Shown: positions 56,494 to 64,000 of the stretch, piece by piece | Layout of the letters: each line of letters opens with the position of its first letter | Numbering within the stretch: position 1 is the stretch's first letter | From: an uncultured Bacteroidales bacterium | GTDB lineage: Bacteria > Bacteroidota > Bacteroidia > Bacteroidales > UBA4417 | Direction of reading: 5' to 3' | Assembly (NCBI GenBank): GCA_937889945.1 | Contig: CALBZC010000009.1 | Location: 49,532-113,531 of the forward strand | Length of the DNA: 64,000 nt | The notes under the pieces: generated by a model | What the model saw: the letters and a program-made list of their open reading frames with translations, nothing else | Told to the model about the DNA's origin: nothing | The model's database searches: none | Program-made: the position numbers and the translations under genes

Positions 56494-58284
56494 TCACGAC
56501 TTGATAATACCCATTTTTTTCATCAAAAAGGTGGCATTTTTGTTTTTACACACGCCTTCGCGCAAACGATAGTCAAAGTGTAATTCGTTATCGTATATAT
56601 CAACTTCAAAACATTTGTTTGTGAGTTTGGATGAAAATTGGGGCACAATGTGGCACACTTCAAGGTCGTGGGTAGCAATAGCGCCGAAAACATCCGCTTG
56701 CGCCATGTTTTTAATCATCTCCACCGTTCCGGTACGTTTGTCATCCGAGTTTGTTCCGCGCAGTATTTCGTCGAGCAACACAAAACAACTGCCGGCATTG
56801 GTAGCATCAATAATTTCTCTAAGCCTTTTTATTTCGGCAAAAAAGTACGACTCATTATCGCTGAGAGAATCGGACAGGCGCATGGAAACCCACACATCCA
56901 AGGGATGCACCTTTGCCGATGACGCACACACGGGCGCTCCCATGCCTGCCAGCACCATGTTTACGCCTAAGCTGCGCAAGAAGGTACTTTTGCCCGACAT
57001 GTTTGACCCTGTGAGTATAATAAAGGGATGTTGCACAAAATTTACACTATTGGTTACGCGTTTGGTAGCCCCTATAAGCGGATGTCCCATGTCTTCAAAC
57101 GCTATATCAAAACTTTTATTAAGAGAGGGATAAGCAAAAGATGGATTGTTATAGGAAAAATTAGCCACACTGCTTGTACTTTCAAATTCGCCTATTGTTT
57201 CCACCCAAAGGGCTATATTATCTGCAAGCTGTATTTTCCAAGCGGTCAACTTTTTATACATGTGCAGGTGATAAAGCATTAGTCCGTTAAGCAATACCGA
57301 AACCAAAAGATTTTGTATATTTTCCAACTGTCCGAATAGGTAAGATAGTTTTTTGAAATGTTTTGAAGCATAGGTGTCATGTAATTTCAATCTCTGTTGC
57401 CATTCACTTAGTTGTTCCGATTCAAAATGTTCGTTTTCTATCTCGGCTAAAAGCAATCCGTAATTTTTGATAATTCGGTCTATACGCGTGGCATTCACAA
57501 GTTGTTTTTTTATTTTGCCCACTTGCGAAGACGTAAGCACTAGGTTTGCCACAAACAGCATTTCGCACATATACCTAAATAAGGGATCCTTTGTAGCAAT
57601 AGCAAGCACGAGGCTTACTATAAAAAGCACAGGAAGTACATAACACGCTATTCTCACAATTTTTGAAAGCATCAAGGGTTTCTCTCCTGCCCATTTTAAT
57701 ATATCCTCATGCGTTTGGCGAGAATCGTTTACTTCATGTGCCAACGCGGCAAAGCGTTGTCTCCAGTTCAATTTCTCTTTTAACTCCTGCACCGCTTGCT
57801 GCACGGTTTGTATTTCTTCCATATTTAAACGCTTACACAAGGCAGAGGCTAATGTTTTGCCGCCCACGTACGTAACTGTGCGGTTTATGTGATGAAACAA
57901 GGATTTTTCTCCGAATATATCCAAATCATAACTATAGGGATGCTTAGGGTTTATATATTCGGTGCCATTGTTAAAGTGCAACTTATTATTTGTTAAATAA
58001 TCATATTCTTTTTTATTGATTTCCACCAAGTGCGATTTGATTCGTTTTTTGAAAGCAATTTTTAAATAATATATCACGAGCGCTACAAATGCGGCAATAC
58101 AAACGGAGAATACCCATACATATGCCATAAGGCTTGTTTTAAGCCAATAATAGAACAGTACAAAAAAGGCAATAATAAAAAACAGGCGAAGCGCGCTTAG
58201 AAGGTTAGATTGTTTTTGTAATTTTTGATAATCTTGGGAATATTGGTGTTCAAGTGTTTGATAAACAGATGCGGGTTCTTTCAT
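56494..58284 (-). CDS. Membrane-anchored MutS-related protein (MutS domain V ATPase, no mismatch-binding or Smr domain)
   Basis: 596 aa with 2 N-terminal and about 2 central TM helices. C-terminal Walker A GSNMSGKST and Walker B VLLDEILRGTNSDD. It starts 15 nt after the stop of the Hdr-like membrane protein gene. Confidence 0.75.
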   Translation of the reverse strand: MKEPASVYQTLEHQYSQDYQKLQKQSNLLSALRLFFIIAFFVLFYYWLKTSLMAYVWVFSVCIAAFVALVIYYLKIAFKKRIKSHLVEINKKEYDYLTNNKLHFNNGTEYINPKHPYSYDLDIFGEKSLFHHINRTVTYVGGKTLASALCKRLNMEEIQTVQQAVQELKEKLNWRQRFAALAHEVNDSRQTHEDILKWAGEKPLMLSKIVRIACYVLPVLFIVSLVLAIATKDPLFRYMCEMLFVANLVLTSSQVGKIKKQLVNATRIDRIIKNYGLLLAEIENEHFESEQLSEWQQRLKLHDTYASKHFKKLSYLFGQLENIQNLLVSVLLNGLMLYHLHMYKKLTAWKIQLADNIALWVETIGEFESTSSVANFSYNNPSFAYPSLNKSFDIAFEDMGHPLIGATKRVTNSVNFVQHPFIILTGSNMSGKSTFLRSLGVNMVLAGMGAPVCASSAKVHPLDVWVSMRLSDSLSDNESYFFAEIKRLREIIDATNAGSCFVLLDEILRGTNSDDKRTGTVEMIKNMAQADVFGAIATHDLEVCHIVPQFSSKLTNKCFEVDIYDNELHFDYRLREGVCKNKNATFLMKKMGIIKS

Positions 58285-58299
58285 TAATTATTGGATGTG

Positions 58300-60111
58300 T
58301 TATAGCATATTTTCAACTTCTGCAACTTCACAAACTTTCCGGCAAGCGGACTGTGTGATAGTGGCAGCTACAATTTCAGCAATGTCAAAGATAGGATAAA
58401 TATTGTTTCGGGTAAATGTTTTTTTGCATAGGGGACAGGCTGTTACCAGCATATCGGGTTTGTAGCCGAAATACATATCTAATGCATGCTTTTTAATGGC
58501 ATCGCGCTCGGTCATGTCAATTTTTATGTTTGCGAGGCTGCCTCCACAGCACAGGGCGTTTTCTTTCTCTTTTCTTATGGGAATGAGGGTTCCGTATTTT
58601 CTTAAAATTTCGCGCGGCTGTTCATAAATATTGCTTCCCCTACCCAAATCACAAGGGTCGTGATATACAAAACTATTGCCGGTAGGCATAGCGGGAATCT
58701 TCCCCTTTTCAATCAACTTTAATATAAATTGCGTATGATGCAGCACCTGAATGTTTTTTAAATGATAATCTTCTTTAAACACTTTATAACAAATGGGGCA
58801 AGAGGTTATCAGTTGGGTGGCACCGGAATCATAAATGGCTTTTCTGTTGGTTTCTATAAGTTTCATGGCTGCATCGTACTGACCGGCCTGCATAAGCGGA
58901 CGACCGCAACAGGGCGCTTTGTCCTCGTCCATAAACCAATAGGAAGTACCTGAATGTGCAAAAATTTTCTTCATTGCCTGCACAATGCCGGGCGTGAGGT
59001 GCGACATACAGCCGGCAAAATATACCACTTTGGAGGAAATGGCTTCCATTTCCTCCAAATAATCGTATGATGAGTTGTATTGCCGTGTAGATTCAATACG
59101 TTGGGTAATGCGCAAATCGTTAATATCAATATGCACCGGACAAGCCTGCTGGCATTTGCCACACAACAAACAATTAAAAAGCACATCATCGGTAAGGTTG
59201 TGGTTTCTGATGCGTTTAATAAGATAAACAGATTGTGTGTGTATGTTGGCATCGTTTAGCTGACAAATATCCAAACACATTCCGCAACGTGAGCAGGAAT
59301 ATACTTGCACATTGGTATAGGTATTATACTTTTTCTTTAGTTTAATGCCGTAGTTGCGCAGAAATATATACAAAATTTCGGTAGGTATGTGGGCATATCG
59401 CGATGAGGTAAGAAAAACGAAAAACACTCCCAACGATAAGGAGTATGCAAACCACACAGGATATTCCCAAGTGTAAACGTTTAATATACTCACCAAAAAA
59501 TCGCCCAATGGTTGTGTAAGAAATCCGCCGTTGTGCTTAATGCCGGCAGAAATGCTTTCGGCAAACAAACGTAAGGGAAATATAAACCACAAAGAAGTTA
59601 AAGCCATTTTGTCGGGAACCTTGAGTTTGGTAGTCCGCTTCATACCAAACAGGCGCTTGTTTATTCTTTTAAAATAGGCTAAGCTAACACCCGACAGCAC
59701 AAACAGCAAGAGAAAATCCATTACGTGTTTGAATATTTCCGAGCTAAAAGGATGAACAGAAAGGGGATTAAAATAGCGCAAAAAAACCGCGTAATAAAAC
59801 GGGAAACGGAACGTTCCCATGGTGATTACACTTTCCAAATGACCCACAATAATAAGCAGGAACCAGCCAAAAGCAAGACTCATGTGCATATATCCCAGCA
59901 TAGGGTTTCGCCTAAATATGCTCACATGCAACAATCCATCATTAAATGATTCTTTTATCGATTTGAGGGTTTTGCGGGTAAAAAAACCTTTGCGTATGCG
60001 TATTTTATCATATTTGGTAAAACCGGCATACCACTTCACCGCTTTGTATATAAGCACGCCAAAAAGAATAATAACGCCTATGGTAAAAGGATATGTAAAT
60101 GAAGGTGCCAT
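58300..60111 (-). CDS. Fusion of an integral-membrane (NarI/DsrM/HdrE-like) domain with an HdrD/DsrK-like Fe-S domain (2x[4Fe-4S] plus two CCG domains)
   Basis: 603 aa. About 5 N-terminal TM helices with conserved His. CSRCGMCLDIC and CLLCGKCQQACP ferredoxin motifs. Two CCG motifs (PCCGRP, LCCGGS), each followed by a CPxC (SCPICY, ACPLCK). Confidence 0.75.
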   Translation of the reverse strand: MAPSFTYPFTIGVIILFGVLIYKAVKWYAGFTKYDKIRIRKGFFTRKTLKSIKESFNDGLLHVSIFRRNPMLGYMHMSLAFGWFLLIIVGHLESVITMGTFRFPFYYAVFLRYFNPLSVHPFSSEIFKHVMDFLLLFVLSGVSLAYFKRINKRLFGMKRTTKLKVPDKMALTSLWFIFPLRLFAESISAGIKHNGGFLTQPLGDFLVSILNVYTWEYPVWFAYSLSLGVFFVFLTSSRYAHIPTEILYIFLRNYGIKLKKKYNTYTNVQVYSCSRCGMCLDICQLNDANIHTQSVYLIKRIRNHNLTDDVLFNCLLCGKCQQACPVHIDINDLRITQRIESTRQYNSSYDYLEEMEAISSKVVYFAGCMSHLTPGIVQAMKKIFAHSGTSYWFMDEDKAPCCGRPLMQAGQYDAAMKLIETNRKAIYDSGATQLITSCPICYKVFKEDYHLKNIQVLHHTQFILKLIEKGKIPAMPTGNSFVYHDPCDLGRGSNIYEQPREILRKYGTLIPIRKEKENALCCGGSLANIKIDMTERDAIKKHALDMYFGYKPDMLVTACPLCKKTFTRNNIYPIFDIAEIVAATITQSACRKVCEVAEVENML

Positions 60112-60455
60112 TACTTTTTCCCGTTTTTATGTTCAACAATTCCTTTTTTTATCAGCATAATGGTGTTGCGCAAATTGATATCGCGTGGACATACTAAAGT
60201 ACATTTGCCACAAAACATGCATTTGTCTATTTCGTTTGCCAACATATCGTATTGTCCGCGGCGCAAAAAAAGATTTATTTTCCTCACATTAAAATCTATC
60301 AGATTTCCGGTGCTGCATGTTGCCGTGCAACTTCCGCAATACATGCAACACATAAACGAACTTTCGTTTGCCAGCACGTATTTCAGCAGGCTGTCATCAA
60401 AAGTATCCACGTCAATTACGCGTGTTTGCTTTACAGAAAATCCAAAGTTTTTCAT
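60111..60455 (-). CDS. Small 2x[4Fe-4S] ferredoxin-like protein (HdrC-like)
   Basis: 114 aa. CMYCGSCTATC and CMFCGKCTLVCP motifs. Its stop overlaps the downstream start as TAATG (translational coupling). Confidence 0.75.
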   Translation of the reverse strand: MKNFGFSVKQTRVIDVDTFDDSLLKYVLANESSFMCCMYCGSCTATCSTGNLIDFNVRKINLFLRRGQYDMLANEIDKCMFCGKCTLVCPRDINLRNTIMLIKKGIVEHKNGKK

Positions 60456-60841
60456 GTGTGTATTTTTCTTTTTCTATACAATAAGTCAAATCTGATACGC
60501 CATACATACATATTTTCGATTGAGGCGTCAGGTTCTACTTAGTAAAATTAAAAAAATAATTTATCATACTTTTATTATATATAAGGAACGCTTTTATTCC
60601 ATATATGACATGAATTTTGAGTGCTTATTTTTTAAACTTTACTTAGCCTATTCTATTTGCTTTTTTATTGCTACTTCATTTATCTTAGAGTTACCAATAG
60701 CTTTACGCTTCTCTCCCTACGTTATTATTGCGGCTTATCTTCCCTTATGTATAAATATCTACTACATTTTTTTGCAGATTGTTACTATTAATTTCTGGTT
60801 TATGCTTTTAAAATTTTAGTTAAAAGTAATATACATCCGTT

Positions 60842-61867
60842 TCATAAATGCAAAAGATAGTGATTTATTTCCAACGCTGCCGAACGTGCATTCTGCATGG
60901 TTTCGTTTATTGTCATGGGCTGTATGCATGTTCCGGCGATAAAAACACCTTGACGCGACGATACATTACCTTGCAAATGGGGATCTTGAGGTTGTATAAA
61001 ATTTTCGGGTGTTTTATGCAGGTGTAAAATATCGCAAAGCTTATCGCTATCCTTCCCTTGTTCCATGCCCACCAGCAGCACAAGCAAATCTACTTTCATT
61101 TTAAGAGGAAGTCCGCTCAGGGTATCTTCAGCCTTCAGCTGAATACTTTTATCTTTATTCTCTGATACTTCCGAAACCCTGCCTCTTATAAACTGCGTAT
61201 TGTAATTTTCCTGCGCATCTTTATAAAATCTTTCATATTCCAGTCCATGCATGCGCAAATCCATATAAAAACAATACATTTCGGCATCAGGAAACATTTT
61301 GCTCATTTCAATAGCCTGTTTCACGCCGGTTATGCAGCAAACTTTAGAGCAATATGTGTGCCCTACCTTCGCATCGCGCGACCCCACACAATGCACAAAA
61401 GCAATACGTTTGGGCGCCATACCTTGCGTGGTAGTTATATTTTCGCCCCGCTCAAGTTTCTTTTCCAAATCCACCGAAGTAATAACATTATCATAAATTC
61501 CATACCCATATTCCTCTTTGCGTCGGGCATCAAAAGGCGTAAATCCTGTGGCAATAAGCACTGCACCTACCTCAAAAGTAGCATCCTTATTGGTTCTGAC
61601 AACATATACATTTTTCTTTTGTGAAATATCGGTAACCTCCGTGTTTGGGAATAGGGTAATATTAGGCACCTTTATTTTTTGGTTCATATATTCTCTTACC
61701 TCCGCAGCACTCCGATTATTGGGAAACAAATGATGCCAAAAAGCAACATTTCCGCCTATGTTTTTGTTTTTCTCGATAATAAAAACGTTATATCCCATAT
61801 CGGCAAGGATTGAAGCAACTTCTATGCCTGCAACCCCAGCACCTATAACCACAATACTTTTATTCAT
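60842..61867 (-). CDS. HdrA-like FAD-dependent oxidoreductase with an Fe-S cysteine cluster
   Basis: 341 aa. Dinucleotide fold VVIGAGVAGIEVA. HdrA-type cysteine pattern HCVGSRD...YCSKVCC. Confidence 0.75.
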   Translation of the reverse strand: MNKSIVVIGAGVAGIEVASILADMGYNVFIIEKNKNIGGNVAFWHHLFPNNRSAAEVREYMNQKIKVPNITLFPNTEVTDISQKKNVYVVRTNKDATFEVGAVLIATGFTPFDARRKEEYGYGIYDNVITSVDLEKKLERGENITTTQGMAPKRIAFVHCVGSRDAKVGHTYCSKVCCITGVKQAIEMSKMFPDAEMYCFYMDLRMHGLEYERFYKDAQENYNTQFIRGRVSEVSENKDKSIQLKAEDTLSGLPLKMKVDLLVLLVGMEQGKDSDKLCDILHLHKTPENFIQPQDPHLQGNVSSRQGVFIAGTCIQPMTINETMQNARSAALEINHYLLHL

Positions 61868-62052
61868 ACGTCTTGATTTGATTTTTAATGGTTATATGCC
61901 TCCCTGTCTATCACAGGCAAACTGTCGTCAGACAAGGAACTATTCGTTGATTAAATTGTTTTTTTAAGAAACTCATGCAATCGCCTCGCTAAGTTCCTCG
62001 TTTAGTAACCTTTTGCTTTGGCTAAAAAACTACTTTGCATGCTTTGCTTCAT

Positions 62053-63123
62053 TTAACAACAACTTAGACAACCTGTTTTATTAAAACTTCCTATGGGCTG
62101 TTTGTTTTTATCGAGATATTTTTCATCGGGATTATAAGCAATGCCCATTTTATCCAGTAAAGATTCGGTATTTATTTCATGCATTTGCAGTCCCACATTC
62201 CAAGGCTCAAAACCTAAAACCAAGGCCGCAAGCTCTTCATAAGCCAATACGGGAATACTTTCATTATTTTGTCCGTAGCGTTTACCCTCCATTTCGTAAA
62301 GCGTATATTGCCACCTGTCCAAAAACATTGTGCAGCCAGGGCAGTTGCATATGATAGCATCAGGTTCGTAGGGCTGCATGGATTCGAGTTTTTTCTTGGA
62401 ATTGGACAAAGAGTATCCGCGGTTTTGCTGTACCAAATATTGCCTGAAACCAAAACCACAACAATGTCGGCGCTCAGGATAGTCAACTACATCGCCACCC
62501 CATGCCGCAATCATGCCGCTCAGTACTTGCGGAAATTCGGCGCCTCCAATTCCTTTTACGGGAAACATTTTTGCATAGTGGCATCCTATATGTTCTACTA
62601 TTTGCAGAGGTTTACCCGTATTTGTATTTACAAGTTTATACTTCGCTTTTTCTGCTATTTGATGGCGGAATTTATAAATAATATCACTGGCATGGGCTAT
62701 ATTTTCCGGAATTTCGAATTCTCTTTTTGTTGCTTTCCAAAGGTTTTCGCGCGCTTTTTGGAGTTCCTTCGGAAACTCTCTCCAGGTTTCAAGTATTTCA
62801 CTGTATATCCCAAATGAGGTAACGCACGACACGGCAACATTACGATAGCCCGCGGCAGTCATAAGTGCAAATTCGCGTGCCACAACGGTTTGTATGGTCT
62901 CAAACGGAACAATATCCGAATGATATCCAATGCCGGTGCAAGTAGTATGCCTGGGATCGTCATACACGTCTTTGCCCAGTACCTCGCGAAGTATTTTAAG
63001 AAAGTAGTATTCGGCACCCGGAAAGAAGTTTTGGCGTATGCAACTTCGCAGATAATAGTAATGGTCGTCTGCTATTTCCTTCTGGTATTTCGCCCAAATA
63101 TTTTTTAATCCTTCGTTTTGCAT
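62053..63123 (-). CDS. HdrB-like protein with CCG cysteine-rich domain(s)
   Basis: 356 aa. HCCGFG followed by CNCPGC gives one clear CCG domain. The N-terminal copy is degenerate. Confidence 0.7.
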   Translation of the reverse strand: MQNEGLKNIWAKYQKEIADDHYYYLRSCIRQNFFPGAEYYFLKILREVLGKDVYDDPRHTTCTGIGYHSDIVPFETIQTVVAREFALMTAAGYRNVAVSCVTSFGIYSEILETWREFPKELQKARENLWKATKREFEIPENIAHASDIIYKFRHQIAEKAKYKLVNTNTGKPLQIVEHIGCHYAKMFPVKGIGGAEFPQVLSGMIAAWGGDVVDYPERRHCCGFGFRQYLVQQNRGYSLSNSKKKLESMQPYEPDAIICNCPGCTMFLDRWQYTLYEMEGKRYGQNNESIPVLAYEELAALVLGFEPWNVGLQMHEINTESLLDKMGIAYNPDEKYLDKNKQPIGSFNKTGCLSCC

Positions 63124-63126
63124 AAT

Positions 63127-63813
63127 CTATTCGTTTGAAATATACTTCACATAATTGTCCATACTATCGGGATTGCTTGCCAAACCCATTTCAGCCGCTT
63201 TTTCAAAACTATACTTCTCTATTTTGTCAAACAGCTCCACTCCTCCCGATACCTCAAAAATATCACGCAACTCCTGCAAGGTATCCTGTTCTATTTTGCG
63301 CAATGTTCCGCTGCCCGGCTTATCCAAGTTGGCATTCATACGCTCATACACTTTTTCTTTGTTCTTATATACCCACTCCCACGTAGGTCCTTGTTCCGGA
63401 TGATATTCGGGATTCACAATTTCGGGATGTATGCAGTATCCGTATTTTAAGATAGTGCTTCCTATGTTACGTTTAATAAGCAACTGCTGCCTACCCATGC
63501 GGCTTTCTACAAAATAGCCTTCCTCCTGCGATATTTTACGCAATACCGCAATGATTATACCCACGCAGTTGTTGCGCGGACAGCGTGTTTTGCACGACAT
63601 GCATTGCCCGCAAAACCAAATAGTATCGCTTTTGAGCAAGGCTATAATTTTTTCTTCGTTGCCCTCCTGCACAATGCCGGCTATTTGCCGTGGCGAATAA
63701 TCGTAAAACTCTGCAGCAGCGCATATGGCGGTGCATACCCCACAATTGATACACGAATTAATGGATTCTTTAAACCTCACGTCTTGGGCAAGCCTTTCTG
63801 TAATGGTTGGCAT
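63127..63813 (-). CDS. HdrC-like 2x[4Fe-4S] protein
   Basis: 228 aa. CINCGVCTAIC and CGQCMSCKTRCP motifs. Only 3 nt upstream of the HdrB-like gene. Confidence 0.72.
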   Translation of the reverse strand: MPTITERLAQDVRFKESINSCINCGVCTAICAAAEFYDYSPRQIAGIVQEGNEEKIIALLKSDTIWFCGQCMSCKTRCPRNNCVGIIIAVLRKISQEEGYFVESRMGRQQLLIKRNIGSTILKYGYCIHPEIVNPEYHPEQGPTWEWVYKNKEKVYERMNANLDKPGSGTLRKIEQDTLQELRDIFEVSGGVELFDKIEKYSFEKAAEMGLASNPDSMDNYVKYISNE

Positions 63814-64000
63814 GGCATTTAATATAATAAAAACAAGAATTTACAAATATAAAGTAATCTTATCATCATGTAAAAATATATTACTAATTTTTGTGCAAAT
63901 TAAAATAAGGCTCTCTCCTTTTTATATCTAACTAAACCTCAGCAAACAACCTTACTCCTGCATTTTATATAGAATATAAAAGCTCAACACTTTTAAAAGA

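Noticed and set aside
60520-60819. 99-aa plus-strand hydrophobic ORF in the gap between the HdrA-like and ferredoxin genes
   Set aside because: It is AT-rich with low-complexity Ile/Phe/Tyr/Leu composition, of the kind that arises in AT-rich spacers. It lies on the opposite strand to all neighbours and its track start is non-ATG. A shorter 69-aa version from the ATG at 60610 cannot be excluded, but I cannot support it.
62269-62817. 182-aa plus-strand ORF
   Set aside because: Antisense to the HdrB-like gene, which carries the CCG motif. No motifs and odd composition.
1-64000. Searched the ORF translations for integrase, transposase, recombinase, phage or conjugation genes that would define a mobile element
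   Set aside because: None recognised. The accessory patches (20966-24376, 34301-35994) are therefore reported only as insertion footprints, not as annotated mobile elements.

Overview
AT-rich, densely coding chromosomal segment that looks Bacteroidota-like. This is inferred from the dcw cluster layout with an FtsL-like gene and a PASTA-bearing FtsI, TAnnTTTG-type promoter boxes, DUF4476, GlsA/GlsB-like lipid genes and lpxB/waaA. No species call is possible from sequence alone. I support about 55 CDS, one tRNA-Leu(CAG), several intrinsic terminators and three small repeat elements. I saw no rRNA, CRISPR array, integrase or transposase. Left to right: (1) A minus-strand dcw cluster mraZ-rsmH-ftsL-ftsI-murE-mraY-murD-ftsW-murG-murC, with murC running off the window. 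It is canonical except that murD is reduced to its C-terminal domain. A phased GTGG-type triple repeat upstream of mraZ is a candidate MraZ operator. (2) An acyltransferase plus GNAT N-acyltransferase lipid pair, engB, and a carboxyltransferase plus a small biotin carrier gene bracketed by two copies of a ~110-bp MITE-like repeat. (3) YjbR, an exported thioredoxin, mutS2 and a DEAD-box helicase. (4) A small accessory islet with a HepT/MntA toxin-antitoxin pair and a Pif1/RecD-like helicase. The helicase is bracketed by the real trxB 3' end and a decayed ~45-bp copy of that 3' end. (5) DUF4476 and a PepC-like peptidase with a tandemly duplicated translation-start region. (6) A ~15-kb lysine fermentation cluster (atoD-kal-kce | amidase-kdd-kdd-kamA | AlbA_2 protein | P-loop protein-MutS-like ATPase-kamD-kamE-atoA-thiolase). 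It has an internal terminator, a split CoA-transferase and three non-pathway genes. (7) Housekeeping envelope genes (KAS III, sppA, DUF502, surE, lpxB, comEC, DUF192, EEP nuclease, tRNA-Leu, mqnC/E-like radical SAM, waaA). (8) A heterodisulfide-reductase-like gene set (hdrC-hdrB-hdrA-like, then a ferredoxin and a membrane NarI/DsrM-like::HdrD-like fusion), followed directly by a membrane-anchored MutS-domain ATPase. My best candidates for under-described biology are the Hdr-like membrane module, the MutS-like/P-loop pair inside the lysine aminomutase operon, the trxB 3'-end duplication around the helicase, and the truncated murD. All functional calls come from motif reading by eye; no database search was possible.
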